Shown here: piece by piece, positions 22,116 through 33,544 of the stretch
How the letters are laid out: each line of letters starts with the position of its first letter
Position numbering within the stretch: position 1 is the stretch's first letter
Assembly: GCA_030390025.1 (NCBI GenBank)
Contig: CM059432.1
Coordinates: 147,314,001 to 147,378,000 of the forward strand
Length of the DNA: 64,000 nt
From: Squalus acanthias
Lineage: Eukaryota
Reading direction: 5' to 3'
The notes under the pieces: generated by a model
What the model was told of the DNA's origin: nothing
Seen by the model: the letters and a program-made list of their open reading frames with translations, nothing else
Databases searched by the model: none
Program-made: the position numbers and the translations under genes

Positions 22116-23050
22116 AGCAAAATACTGCAGATGCTGGTAATCTGAAATTAAAAGCAGAAAATGCTGAAAACATTGAGCAGCTCAGGCAGCATCTGTGGAG
22201 GGAGCAACGTACGGGCCTGGATTTTTCGGTCAGTGGTGATGGGGCAGTGCTTGCCGTTCACCTTGCTGACAGCAGCCCACACATCTTTTGCAGGTTTCAG
22301 AGTGGAGACTTGCTCTAATCTGGCATCTGGTTCAGCATGGCGCCCTCCACAGGGATGTGTGGCATCTGTGAGCAGGACAAAAAACAGCGAGGCTCTTTAA
22401 CCAATCAGATTGAAGAATCCTCACTGAGCACGCAAGAGTCTAAACCAGGAAGTATAAAGCAGGAGTTATAAATTAGATTTAAATCACCAAGCAAAATAAA
22501 GATTGAGAAAGACAGATGGGATTAAGAGAGAGAAAGATAAAAGAAACAGGTAGAAAAAGTTAAAAAAAAAATAATTTAAAAAAAATCTCCAACACTAATT
22601 AACTTCTGAAGGAATGAGACTCCACACTTGTAAAATTTAATTTTCAGGGCCAGAGAGGTTGTTTGGCAGTAATCATCAATTATCACACTTATTAAAAGTT
22701 TTCTTACACCTGAATGCAGCAGCGCTAACTTTTTCTGGCATCTTTAGTGGGGAACTAGTGGGCAAGTACCCCAAGTTCATGCCATTGCATGTCTTTCAAT
22801 GCCGAGTCTATCGACCAAGACTGCTACAGCGCACCCTGTGGAGGAGTGGGGTATCTCTGACAGCAACTTCCGGATATCCGCATTTAAATGCGCATGTGCA
22901 GATGCCAGAAGTTGCTGTCTGATTTATTCCATTATAATGCTGTTAGACTCACCGTTATTATTAATGCAAAATCCGGGCCAAAGTTAACATTTCAGGTCGA
23001 TGACCTTTTGTCAGGTTCTGATGAAAGGCCATCGACCTGAAACATTAACC
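22116..23050. mobile_element. Penelope-like fragment split by a Harbinger MITE, ending in an inverted pair of hammerhead motifs
   Basis: 22116-22210 matches the 18414 family. After the MITE, 22982-23050 is an inverted repeat containing GGTT-CTGATGA-AAGGCCATCGACCT-GAAA-CA-TT-AACC on + (23014-23050) and a decayed copy on -. Confidence 0.6.
22214..22979. mobile_element. Harbinger-type MITE
   Basis: TIRs GGCCTGGATTTT / AAAATCCGGGCC. The left ~200 bp is homologous to 37923-38123. Confidence 0.65.
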
Positions 23051-23522
23051 CTAAATTACAACTAGTTTACAGAATGTGATTTGTTTTCGGGCATTCTGCA
23101 AGAGACAATGGCCTGTGATATCTAATGGTAAGAAGGAGAGAAGCCTTTCAGGTCCTCACACGTTCCGAAGTGCTTCACAGCCAACTAAATACTTTTGAAG
23201 AGTGGTCACTGTTGTTTCTAGGCAAACAAGTCAGCCAATTTATACCCAGCAATGTCCCACAAACAGCAATGAGAAGACTGACCAGTTGATTGTTTTTGAT
23301 GGTGTTGATTGAGGGATAAATGTTGGCTGGGACACTGGAAGAACTCTTTTACATCCAGCTTAGCATGTGGGTGGGGCCTCAATTTAGTACCTCAGCACTG
23401 CACTGAAATGTCAGCCTAGCCCCAGAGTTCTGACTTACACACCCTTGATTTCCATTAAACGAGGGCTTTTTTCGAGTATTTACGTGGCTCGTCCATATTG
23501 TCAGTCCAGCTTGTGCCACAGC

Positions 23523-23788
23523 ACGGGTGGGGGCGTTGGCGGGGGGAATGGGGTGGGGGCGTTGGCGGGGAGAATGGGGTGGGGGCGTTGGCGGGGGGAA
23601 TGGGGTGGGGGCATTGGCGGGGGGAATGGGGTGGGGGCGTTGGCGGGGAGAATGGGGTGGACAGAGCGTGCTGTTGGCGGGGGGAGTGGGGTGGACAGGG
23701 CGTGCTGTTGGCGGGGGGAGTGGGGTGGGCAGGGCGTGCTGTTGGCGGGGGGAGTGGGGTGGGCAGGGCGTGCTGTTGGCGGGGGCTG
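23523..23788 (+). repeat. G-rich minisatellite inside the R2 3' UTR
   Basis: Short units GTTGGCGGGG(G/A)GAATGGGGTGGGGGC grade into longer units GTTGGCGGGGGGAGTGGGGTGGGCAGGGCGTGCT. Confidence 0.92.
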
Positions 23789-24377
23789 CAGTGTCTCGGG
23801 GCCTTCAAGGGTGTCAGAATACCAGGTTTTGTCCGTTAGCGTTGGGTCCTCCCCTGAACTCGAGCTGGGTAGCCATCCTTTAGGTTCGCCTTTATTACCC
23901 ATTTCATCATCTGATGCGTTTCGGTGACTCTATTGGTGCGGATATTATTATCTAACCGTTGGTGCAGACATTGTATCGGGTTACAGATCGCTGAAGCGTT
24001 GCAATATTTCCAGGGTGAGTGCTGTTGTAAGCCAGGATATTTTCTTCGAGAAGGCCGTGTACCTCTCGATTTTCAGGAAACTCATGAGCATGTTTTTTTT
24101 TCTAGCCATTTCCCTCTGGCTCCCATTACGAAGCCGAAGTACTTGACCGAGGTGCCTTTGGTCAGGTCTATGATTTGCAGAGTTAAGTGTCCGTACTTCT
24201 CACACTTTTCCTCCCATGCCTTCTCAAGCGCCATGTTATTGTCTTCCCACCTCACCGTAACGTCAACAACTGCCTCCTCCGGACCCTCCTTGAATATTAT
24301 ATCGGGCTTCCATGGTGTTCCGTCTGGTGTTTTGATCCTGGCTTTCACGTACGTGGACCACCCATATTTGGATACAT

Positions 24378-25276
24378 GGGGGGAAAAATTCAGTTGGTTG
24401 CGCCTCCCGTTAGCGCCTTAAGAGGGCGCTAATGGGGCGCAAAGCATCTAGCGCCCGGGCGCGGCGATGTTTGCACCGCTCGCGAAATTAACTAGACATT
24501 TTGCGGCGGCACTAAACAGTACCGCCACGATCTCCTGCGCCGGCAGATCGTGACGTCAGTCGAGTGCGCAACGCCCCGGTATCGCCCCGGAGCGGATATT
24601 GAGTGGCGCCCCCTGCCTTACCGCCTGACGCTAGCAACGACAAGTTGAGGGGAGCGTTCTGCAGTCATGAAGGGAAAGGGGGAGCGCTATTTAAAGGTGA
24701 CCGCTTCCTGCCTTTTATTGTTGGTGCCATTTTTGAACTACGCATTCTGAGAGAGAGAGAGAGAGAGCGACTTCTGGAGAGATTCAACGTTGTGTGAAGG
24801 AGTTTTGGGTACTGAGCAGCACTTTGCAGGTTCATTTTGATTTGCCATTCCTTGTATCGATTTAGAAGAGACTGTGGGGGCTGCACTCTGAGCTCTTTGC
24901 CTGGTACTCTCCATTGTTCTTTCCAGCAGATTTGATGTGCAGGTCTCTCCAGGCCGAGATTCAAGGCTGCAATGAGCAGGATGTGAATGGAAAGCAAGAT
25001 TAACCATCCACTTTAAGAACTGGCCGGTGCCATTGTGTGTGTGTTCCATTGCTGACTGACATCACATGAGCTTCGCCAGCGCTCTGAGGTAGCGCCTCGC
25101 TCCTTGGCCTTTGCGCCTTAAGACAGGTGTGAAGTGCCTGATTTAGCGCTCCAATCACCTCCAGGGGCGATAAAAGTCAAGTTTGCAGTCGGTGGTGATA
25201 ATTAGCGCCAGGCGCTAATCTTTGCGCCCGGCCGATAATTGCGCCCCAAATGGGGCGATACTGAATTTCTCCCCCC
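24378..25276. mobile_element. ~0.9-kb Harbinger-type MITE (family M1) inserted in R2
   Basis: TIR GGGGGAAAAATTCAG / CTGAATTTCTCCCCC. Colinear and highly similar to 62190-63084. Splits R2 between HNKILDNLKD and VSKYGW. Confidence 0.88.
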
Positions 25277-27179
25277 TAGGTCTTTCAGGTTGTCCAGGAT
25301 CTTATTATGGTACTTGATTCTAGCATTCTTGACCGACAGGCACCTCCCAGAGATGTGCGCCAGGGTCTCATAAGCCCCGTTGCATCTTCTGCAAGTTTTA
25401 ATCATGTTGGCTCGCCCGTATGATAGGGTGCACCTAGTTGGGTATAGGTTGCACCTCAGTAGCAGTCCTTTAATGAACCTGGATTGCCTCATCCCGTGGA
25501 ATGAGTTTGTCCAAGAGTTGGATGTCCTGTCGTTTCGGTAATAGTTTATGCCGGAGCCCTGGCATTGGAGATTCGCCCACCTTGCGAATTCCCATTCTCT
25601 CCAACCCGCATACCTGTTCCCAGGCTTTGCTCTCTGACTGGGAGGACCGATGCACCGATGTGTGCACCTCGCATGTCCGTTGTTTCCTCAGGTATGGGGG
25701 GCAGGTTACTGCCTTCTGTGCTGTTACATTGCTTGGTTCTTAGGAATTCCTCAACCTCCCTGAGGGCTTTCAGGTTCCTGAGTTTTGCCACGTTGTCAAC
25801 AATGCTTTCTGCACAGAACTGGAAAGAGGCCTTTATTACCAAATCTTTGGAGCTCTCGAGTGACTGCAGCTTCCTGATGACAGCCCCTCCGTCTCTATTA
25901 CCGGCATACAGGATTCCGTCCGTGATGCCGTTAGGGAGGTGCAGTATCTCCTTTACCGACTTCCTAATGAGTTGGTCTAGCTCGGCGAGTGTGTTCTGAG
26001 ACGCCTCAGTCAGGATCAGGTGGTAGTAGATCCTTGGAATAATATGAGTTTTCAGGATCTCGAACTTTTGGGTGGGTTTCAGTTTGGATCCTTTCAGACT
26101 CGCAATCCAAGTACTGTACTGAGTTTGGCAGCCCATTTATCCTCTGCCACTCCTGCCCATGGGTCTATTCGGTCAGCCAGGTATTTTTCGGTCTCCCCTG
26201 GGGGGGATGTAGCTCACGGGACTCCCGTTAATCCACCAGTTATCGCGGTGGTCGTACAGGAAGGTCTTTGCCTGACTTATAAGGTGGAAGCCTGTTGTCT
26301 TTTTGGCGTTGATATCGAGCCCCGTGTTTTCACAGAATGACTGTACGATTTTAAGATTTCTGGTCATTCCGGCATAGGAGTGGCTGAGAATGGCTCTGTC
26401 ATCTGCAAAAGCAAGTGATGAGCAATCGATGAACTTGTTGTTCAGTCGCATCGTCACACCCATATTAGCTCGTTCTAGCGAGCATAGGAGGGGGTCCATT
26501 GTTATGTTAAAGAGTAGTGGTGAGAGAGGGTGGCCTTGCTTGCTGCCTCTCTTTATGAGGATCGGATCGGTTTTGGTCCGATCACCCTCTATCATCGTTG
26601 AGGTATCGGTGTATAGGTCCTCAACTAGGTGAATGAACTCTTTGGGCATGCCTAGTCTCTCGAGTGCCTTGGAAACTATTCTATGCCCGACTGAATCGAA
26701 TGCTTTGGCCAAGTCCACAAAGACAACGGCCAGCTCCTTTCTGTTCCTCTTTGCCCCCTTTATGATGTTTTGCAGGATGGCGATGTTCTCATTGCAGCCG
26801 GGGGTGGCGGCTATGAAGCCCTTTTGCCGAGGGTTGAGTTCCACGGCCTCGCTTAGCCTTTTGGCCGTGATCTTGGTGAAGAGTCGCAGCAACATGGGTC
26901 CCATTGTTATCGGCCGCCAGTTGTCTTATGTTTCTGAGGAGCTCAGCATCTTCGGTTTTTGGGGATCAACACTGTGCGACTTTTTTTTCAGTGTCTCCGG
27001 GATTGCTGCCGTTTTGAGCCACAGAGTGAAGAGTCGTGGGAGCAGGGTCTCATCCTCTCCCATTATGTCAGTGATGTGATCGACATTCATGCCATCCGGC
27101 CCGGCTGCTCTTGTCTTGTTGATGCCTAAGAGGACAACTTGCTGCGACTGCCAACCTTTTACAGTCTTTCTGGTACAAT

Positions 27180-28012
27180 GGGCTGGATTTTGAAACTGGG
27201 GATGGGATGGAGGCAGGACTCCTACTTTTTGGGTTGTAGTCCCGCCTCCATCAACTTGTGGCCAACCCACTGTATTTTCACTTGATTGACCTTGTTGAGC
27301 CCGCCCAGCGAGCTCAGCAGGCCAATTACGGGCCACCCGGCAACAGGTGACATCACAGATTGACATTTCATCTGTCAAGAGCTTTTGACAGATGAATTAT
27401 CAGCGTTTGACAGCTCTGTGAAGCTGTCAAACACTGACAATCTGTCCTCTAAGTTAGTTCCTTCCTCTCAGGCTGATTTAGAGATCGCTGCAGAACAAAA
27501 AGCAGAGGCTGCAGCTTTTGACAGCTCAACGGCCATTCTGCTTTCTGTGCCGGTGAGATTTCTGACTCCTGAGAACTGAAGGGCTGACACCTGCAGGAGG
27601 AAGTTAAGGTAAGTAAAACTTTTTTCCACACTTTACACACTTACCTCTGCACACATGCACCCATCACTCACCTGCCCACCGGACATATCGACCCCTCCAA
27701 CCCCTGCAGACCCACGGCCCGCCTCACTGAAACGGCGTGGTTGGGACCTGTCGGAGAGCCCACATTTCAGGGCTAAAAATAGGGATTAGGCAAAAAACTG
27801 CCTGTTAACTACCTGTTAACAGGCAGTTAATTGTCACTAATTCCCTTCCCGCCTCGGGGAGGCGGGTCCCAGCACAGGTCGGGTACCCGCCTCCAGCAAA
27901 ACTGGCATGGAGGCGGGTTGGGGGCGGGATGTGGTCGGGACCCCCGAATCAGCTATTTTCAATCCAGTCCCGCCTCCAAACCCGCCTCCACGGGTCAATG
28001 AAAATTCTGCCC
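27180..28012. mobile_element. ~0.83-kb Harbinger-type MITE (family M2) inserted in R2
   Basis: TIR GGGCTGGATTTT / AAAATTCTGCCC with flanks AAT/ATT (one mismatch). Internally homologous to 35690-36523. Confidence 0.8.
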
Positions 28013-29651
28013 ATTGTCTGTATCCTTTGGTACGCAGCCTTCTTGGTGGCCCATCTCTTTTTCACACCAGAGACAAAAGCTCTTCCGCCTCCGCGCTTTT
28101 TCTCATCACCGGCCTTTGGCCTCGTGGTCTTTTTGCTCACCGACTCCGTGACACTTTCGATTAAGCCAAGGCCCAAGGCCTTGCTCTCTGGGACTGTCTT
28201 GTCACGGGGGAGTTCCTCAGCTTTGGTAAGCTGGGCATCAAGGTCTCTGTGTTTGGGTGTGGCCCCCCTGGCGGGCGCAGTACCCGTTTATGCCAGACAG
28301 GTTGTACTTCTGTTTGGTCGGTGTCAACGTTTCCCTCCGCGGCTGGGGGCCCGGGCTCGTCACCCGACATTGTGGGGTTGCTCGGGGCCATTGTTGTCGC
28401 TCTTACGGCCGCTTATTGGAGGACGCGACGTTTGTCTGAAATCTGCTTACTGGTCTTCGATTTCAGTATGCTGCCGATTCTCTTATTAATATCTCGGCAA
28501 CCTTGAAACTGCTGTTCTAGTTCCGTAAGGAGGGTTGTCTCCTCCTCCGACCAAACATAGTCTTTCCTGCCGGGTTTTTTCTGGGGAATGAGTGCTGCGA
28601 TTCTTTTCTCATTCCTCAGCGCAGCGTGTTCGTGCCTCTCGTGTTGACTGAGACCGCTTTGCGTTTGAAACTTGGCATCACATGAGAAGACCTCTTTTGG
28701 TTTGGGCAGCCCCCTGCCTTGGCATTTGGTGTAGTGGCAGGCGATAGATTGGCATTTGCCGGATTTGCTGCATTTCGAGCACACGGTTTTAAACGACTTG
28801 ATCTGGTGTTGTTTCTGGAGGTGAATTCTGAACAGACCAACGGTTTGATGCACCTCGTTGCATCTGTTACAGAACAAGCCGTGGGTCGGGGAATGGATCG
28901 TTAGGTCCGCCTGGCTGTTGCGGTCACCAGGGGGCTCAATTGTTACACCTTCAGAAGAGGTGTTTTCCTCAGATGTTGAATTATTTGTCAGCAAACATGC
29001 CCTTCCTATCACACGGAGTTACCAGTTTCAAGTGGATACGCCACTTCAGGTTTAAAAGAAAACTACAATTTGACTAAAACACCATTAAGGCAATCATTAG
29101 GGAATGGATATCATGAGAGGTGGTGAGAAAGATAGTGTCCTTTTGAAATTCTTTCCAATTGCATGTGTAATATTAAGTGCTGGACTTTCCACCACGATCC
29201 TATCCGAGATTGGGCAAGATTGCAGCAGAAAACAGGGCAAAAAAAGAGTGCTGAGACCTACTGCCCCCTCCCCACATTGAACTACATTCCCCGCCCCCGC
29301 CAGAATCGCTGACGGCCGCCCATTCTGTGCCAACTGCAAGCTGGGGTCAGGGCCTGGATTCCCATGTCATTTCTCTCCTATCTACTTCTCTTACCATTGC
29401 TCCCCTGACCATCTGGTGAAAAGTGTTGATTGGATGGAAATGGCACCACTTTCTGTAAATGTGTGGGGGGTGGGGGGGGGGGGGGAAGGGCCTATTAGAT
29501 GCCTCCTACACCTCCATTTCATACCCTATACACCTACCCGTTGCCGGCCTCAGTCATGGCTGCTTCCTACAAAACCAGTAGCTCCCTTCTTCTTTGAAGC
29601 TCTTGTGCCCCATTAACATTTCTCACCACCTCTCCAGTTGCTGCAGCTATT

Positions 29652-29941
29652 ATCTTCTTAGGCAGTCCCTCGGAACCGAGGATGACTTGCTTCCACATTA
29701 AAAATGAGTTCTCAGGTGACTGATGAGTCCAATGCGGGACCTACAGTCTCTGTCACAGGTGGGGCAGACGGTGGTTGAAGGGGCGGGTGGGTGGGGTGCT
29801 TGGGTTGACGCGCGCTCCCTCCGCTGTTCGCGCTTGGCTTCCGCTTGCTCCCGGCGAAGAGACTCGAGGTGTTCGGCGCCTTCCCGGATGCTTCTCCTCC
29901 ACTTTGTGCGGTCTTGGGCCAGGGATTCCCAGGTGTCGGTT
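29652..29941 (-). mobile_element. RTE LINE 3' fragment
   Basis: Same CPTCDRDCRSRIGLISHLRTHF end and 3' UTR as the 6729 and 45446 copies. Confidence 0.9.
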
Positions 29942-30182
29942 GCCTCCTGTAGCACTGCCTGACTCTCCTTGTTTGCAGTGGTGGGCTCCCTCTTGGTGGC
30001 AGCGATCCTGCCAGGAGCAGGTCCTACATGCGAAGTGACTCCCTGACCAAGGAAAATGGATCAAGGTCATGACAATGTTGGAGCGGCCCATCACTACTCT
30101 GCCCCAAAGAGGGAAATCCAGCCCGAATTAACAGCTTGGCTCTGTTCCTAGCGCTTTTATCTCTAAATTAAAAGGTTGCGGG

Positions 30183-30400
30183 GTCAAAACTGTCTCATCA
30201 AAAATGTCGAGCAACAAAAAATTATCAACAATAATGTTTGACAATAAAGTCTATCAAACAGTTTATTAAAGGTTTATCATAAAAAACTATATTAAAAACT
30301 CTATCAAAAAAGTCTTAACTAGGAAATCAGTCAACACATCTATAAAAAATATTATACAGTGGAAAAGTCTGTCAAAATCAAGCAAGAAAAAAATTACAAA
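30183..30400. repeat. Degenerate A-rich tandem repeat
   Basis: Recurrent AAAAGTCTATC-like units: aaagtctatc, aaactctatc, aaaagtctgtc, aaaattatc. Confidence 0.55.
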
Positions 30401-31159
30401 ATATATGAAGCATTTGCAAACATTTTTCCTCATCTGCAATGAAATCTGCCAAATTGGAGAACGGGCCTGAACCTGGGTGAAGGTCTCACTCCCTGTTGCT
30501 GTTGGCTCCGTGGCCTCTCTGCCACTTGCTTCTGACCAGAAACTGCTTTACGTGCCATCAAACACTCTTCACTCGCTCAATCTGCAGTGGGCAATTCATG
30601 CACCAGCATCCCCACAGAGTAATTTCAAGGCTGTTACTGTTTCCCTCGATAAAAAATGGGTGTACTTTCTGAGCAAAAAGTGTTCTCTGTTGACATTCCG
30701 TCCCCCTTTAAGGAAAGGCTCTGGTGTTTGAACCACTCCTTTCTCGATTAGCAAAGATTCTCTTGATGGAACCGTGACAAGAGCGCCCTCCAGTGTGCAC
30801 CTCTGGTACAGAATTGCGACAGTACAGTCAGCAATATTGCCATTCAGAGGAGCCGACATGTCAAATGGTCTGAACAGATGGCCTGGTAGTGCCCAGAAAA
30901 ACCAAGGCTATCTCATTGAGGAATATTTCAACTGAAAGCCTTATTTACAAGAGACAGCTCTATGCAGGGATACATTTTTTGCAAGAGCACAAAGAAGCAT
31001 ACGTATGAATAAATGTGTTTGTGTAAACTGGGTTAATCTCATTTCCTGGAGAACTGTGCAGTGCGCTGAAAACCATATACATTTTGGTGAAGTTTGTGTT
31101 CAGGTTACCAATACGCCTGTGTTGTTCTGATTCCTGTTTACCATATTTAATCTCTCAGT

Positions 31160-31492
31160 TATCACCAAGGCTTCTTCAGCAGCACCTCCCAAACCCTGAC
31201 CTCCACCACCTAGAAGGACAAGGGCAGCAGGCGCATGGGAACACCACCACCTCCAAGATCTCCCTCCAAGTCACACACCATCCTGACTTGGAAGTATATC
31301 GGCCTGATCCTTCATCGTCGCTGGGTCAAAATCCTGGAACTCCCTCCCTAACAGCACTGTGGGAGCACCTTCACCACACGGACTGCAACGGTTCAAGAAG
31401 GCGGCTCACCACCACCTTCTCAAGGGGCAACTAGGGATGGGCAATAAATTCTGGCCTTGTCAGTGACGCCCAAACCCCAAGAATTAAAAAAC
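31160..31492 (+). mobile_element. LINE family L-A 3' fragment
   Basis: Reverse complement of the 2713 and 5764 copies. Confidence 0.85.
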
Positions 31493-32699
31493 AAGCTCGT
31501 TCCATTCCCTCGGACAGACCCAGGATTGGGGTGATTTATAGTTGTCCCCAAAATTTGGACATTTCCAGTATCCTAGCTCCAAAATTACATTCAAATTGTG
31601 ACAACACTAAGGAAAAGTTTTGCAGTGGAATTAAGGCTAATGGATTTGATGTTATCAAGTGAACATTGGAATGGTAGCATATTACAAGATGTAAATAAAT
31701 CACTTTCTCATGATTTTGTTCTCTCTCTCACTAGGGCTTCCACCACCTCGTCCTAAAAGGTTCAGAGCCCTCAAATGCCCCAGCTATTGTGCCCGATCAT
31801 ACTTACCTCAGCACAAGAAGAAATCGCAAAACGATCTAACCAGAACACCACCTGTGGACCAGAGGATTAAGATGAAAAAGTTACAGCACATCTCGCTCCT
31901 TTACAACTGCTAAACAAAAAATATCTTGTGAAAGAGTCAGTTCTCTAAAGACGCCCAGGGCTACTGATATTGGCACGGTATAAAGTAATTGTACATAGAA
32001 AAACTGTTTATAAGGCCCCACCTTACGCCTTAATTAAATTCCCAAAGTCTAGAAGGTACAAAGTACGCTCAGTGTCTATCTGCACTGCAGATGATATAAT
32101 GGCCCAGAAATCCCCGAGAGGCCTACCGGAGGGGAATAAAATCTTTTAATCTTTACCCTTATGTGAGGTTTGTCAACTCTGTACTGATGTCATTTAGTTT
32201 TGCAATCAAAATTTATGTTAGCTTTGTTTAGCTTTGTATTTGTAAGTTATTTTTGCAGCATCTTGAAGATCTGATTATGGTCCCATTTCAATCTTCTTTT
32301 GTCCAGAATTGCTTTTCTTAACTTGTAGTTTTAAGTCCCAGAATCATCCTTCTCATGCTTTATCGTTCACAGGAGATGCCAGTACATAACAACTACTGGA
32401 TTAGGTACCTGGCCCAAATATACTTTAGAACTGTGAATGCCACGTCCTCACTTTAAAGGCTTGGGATTCATTTAGCTAAATAGGTTTCCTGATGTCTGGA
32501 CACTAGCACAGATCTATACTAATATATGCCCACTTATACTTGAAAATTGCAAACGAGGTCCTATACCGGCATAAGACACTGTTCTGCATATTCAAGCAGC
32601 CTCACGCCTGCTTCGGGCAGAAGTGCTGGGCACTCATTTACAAGTTCCGTCTGAAAATCGCATCGCGCACACCTTGGGCATTCAAGGCCGGCTGTGTTT

Positions 32700-33126
32700 C
32701 ACGGTGGCATAGTGGTTAGCACTGGTGCTTCACAGCGCCAGGGACCCGGGTTCGAATCTGACCTCGGGTGACTGTCTGTGTGGAGTTTGCACATTCTCCC
32801 CGTGTCTGCGTGGGTTTCCTCCGGGTGCTCCGGTTTCCTCCCACAGTCCAAAAATGTGCGGGTTAGGTTGATTTGGCTATGATAAATTGACCCTTAGTGT
32901 TAGGGGGGGATTAAATATGTGGGGTTATGGGGATAGGATGGGATATGTTAGGGGGAATTAAATACTTGGGGTTACGGGGGTAGGGTGGGATATGTGTACT
33001 GTGGGGATTAAAGCAGGGGACAGGGTACTGGATTTGGATGATCAGCCATGATCGTATTGAATGGTGGAGCAGGCTCGACGGGCTGAATGGCCTACTCCTG
33101 CTCCTAGATTCTATGTTTCTATGTTT
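32700..33126 (+). mobile_element. tRNA-derived V-SINE (HE1-like) with CR1-derived 3' tail
   Basis: A box TGGCATAGTGG (32705-32715) and B box GGTTCGAATC (32749-32758). V-domain GTGTGGAGTTTGCACATTCTCCCCGTGTCTGCGTGGGTTTCCTCCGGGTGCTCCGGTTTCCTCCCACA. 3' end matches the CR1 tail at 19415-19524. Confidence 0.9.
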
Positions 33127-33544
33127 CCCTGTCATTTTCGGACGCTGGCCGCCTCCGAAAACTGGGCAGCGGGCAGTTGATAATCACCCCTGTGGAACTT
33201 TACAACATAGAAGGAGGCCATTCGACTCATTATGTCTGTGTTAACACTCTGACAGACCTATCCACCTAGTTTCAATCCCCTGATCTTTCCCCACACACTT
33301 TTAATTTTTCAAATACTTAATCACTTCCCGTTTCAAAGATATTAGGGTTTCTGCTTCAACCATGTTTCTGGAAAGGCTTTCCATGTCCTGACAAGTGTCT
33401 CTGTAAAGAAAATTCTCCTAACCATCCCCCCCCTCCTTCTACTTTTGGTCATAATCTTAAATTTATGCCTCTAGATACCAACTATCATACCTTGTCAAAA
33501 CACCAAATGATTTTGAATACCTGTATCAGATTTCCTCTTAAAAT

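Larger units (their letters stand above)
23467..29051 (-). mobile_element. R2-type (RLE-class) non-LTR retrotransposon, A-clade-like architecture, decayed and apparently 5'-truncated
   Basis: N-terminal CCHH/CCHC/CCHH zinc fingers and a Myb motif (28413..29012). RT at 26173..26904. CCHC knuckle (25202..25492) and KPD..D..K endonuclease (24082..24348). 3' end reads ..TACTCGAAAAAA, with the tail at 23467-23472. Confidence 0.9.
23981..29051 (-). pseudogene. R2 polyprotein (ZnF x3, Myb, RT, CCHC, restriction-like endonuclease), frameshifted and split by two MITEs
   Basis: CNRC..H....H; CSKC..H...C; FSC.AKF.T.SGLSQHERHEH; WSEEETTLL..KTSKQISDKRR; YQRIQT|LYQKDCKRLA across a MITE; AGPDG; QKGF..GCNEN; VDLAKAFDSV; KQGHPLSPLLFN; LAFADD; CRRC...ETLAHISGRC; HNKIL; KPDIIF..VVDVTVRWE..KCEKY; ends LEILQRFSDL* at 23981. 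Confidence 0.9.

Noticed and set aside
23400..23466. 28S rRNA flanking the R2 element
   Set aside because: Neither flank contains recognisable rRNA sequence beyond a few matching bases.
23523..23788. CRISPR-like array or Gly/Pro-rich proteins
   Set aside because: Tandem units have no unique spacers, the context is eukaryotic, and the overlapping ORFs are repeat artefacts. The same applies to 48583-49078.
24665..25049. ORFs repeated at 62526-62858 as a duplicated gene
   Set aside because: Both lie inside MITE M1 copies, and their C-termini differ because of a microsatellite frameshift.
30477..30859. ORFs in unique sequence at 30.4-30.9 kb
   Set aside because: No recognisable motif or clear splice sites in either orientation.
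32700..32770. tRNA gene
   Set aside because: A and B boxes run straight into a V-domain and a CR1 tail, so this is a SINE head rather than a tRNA.
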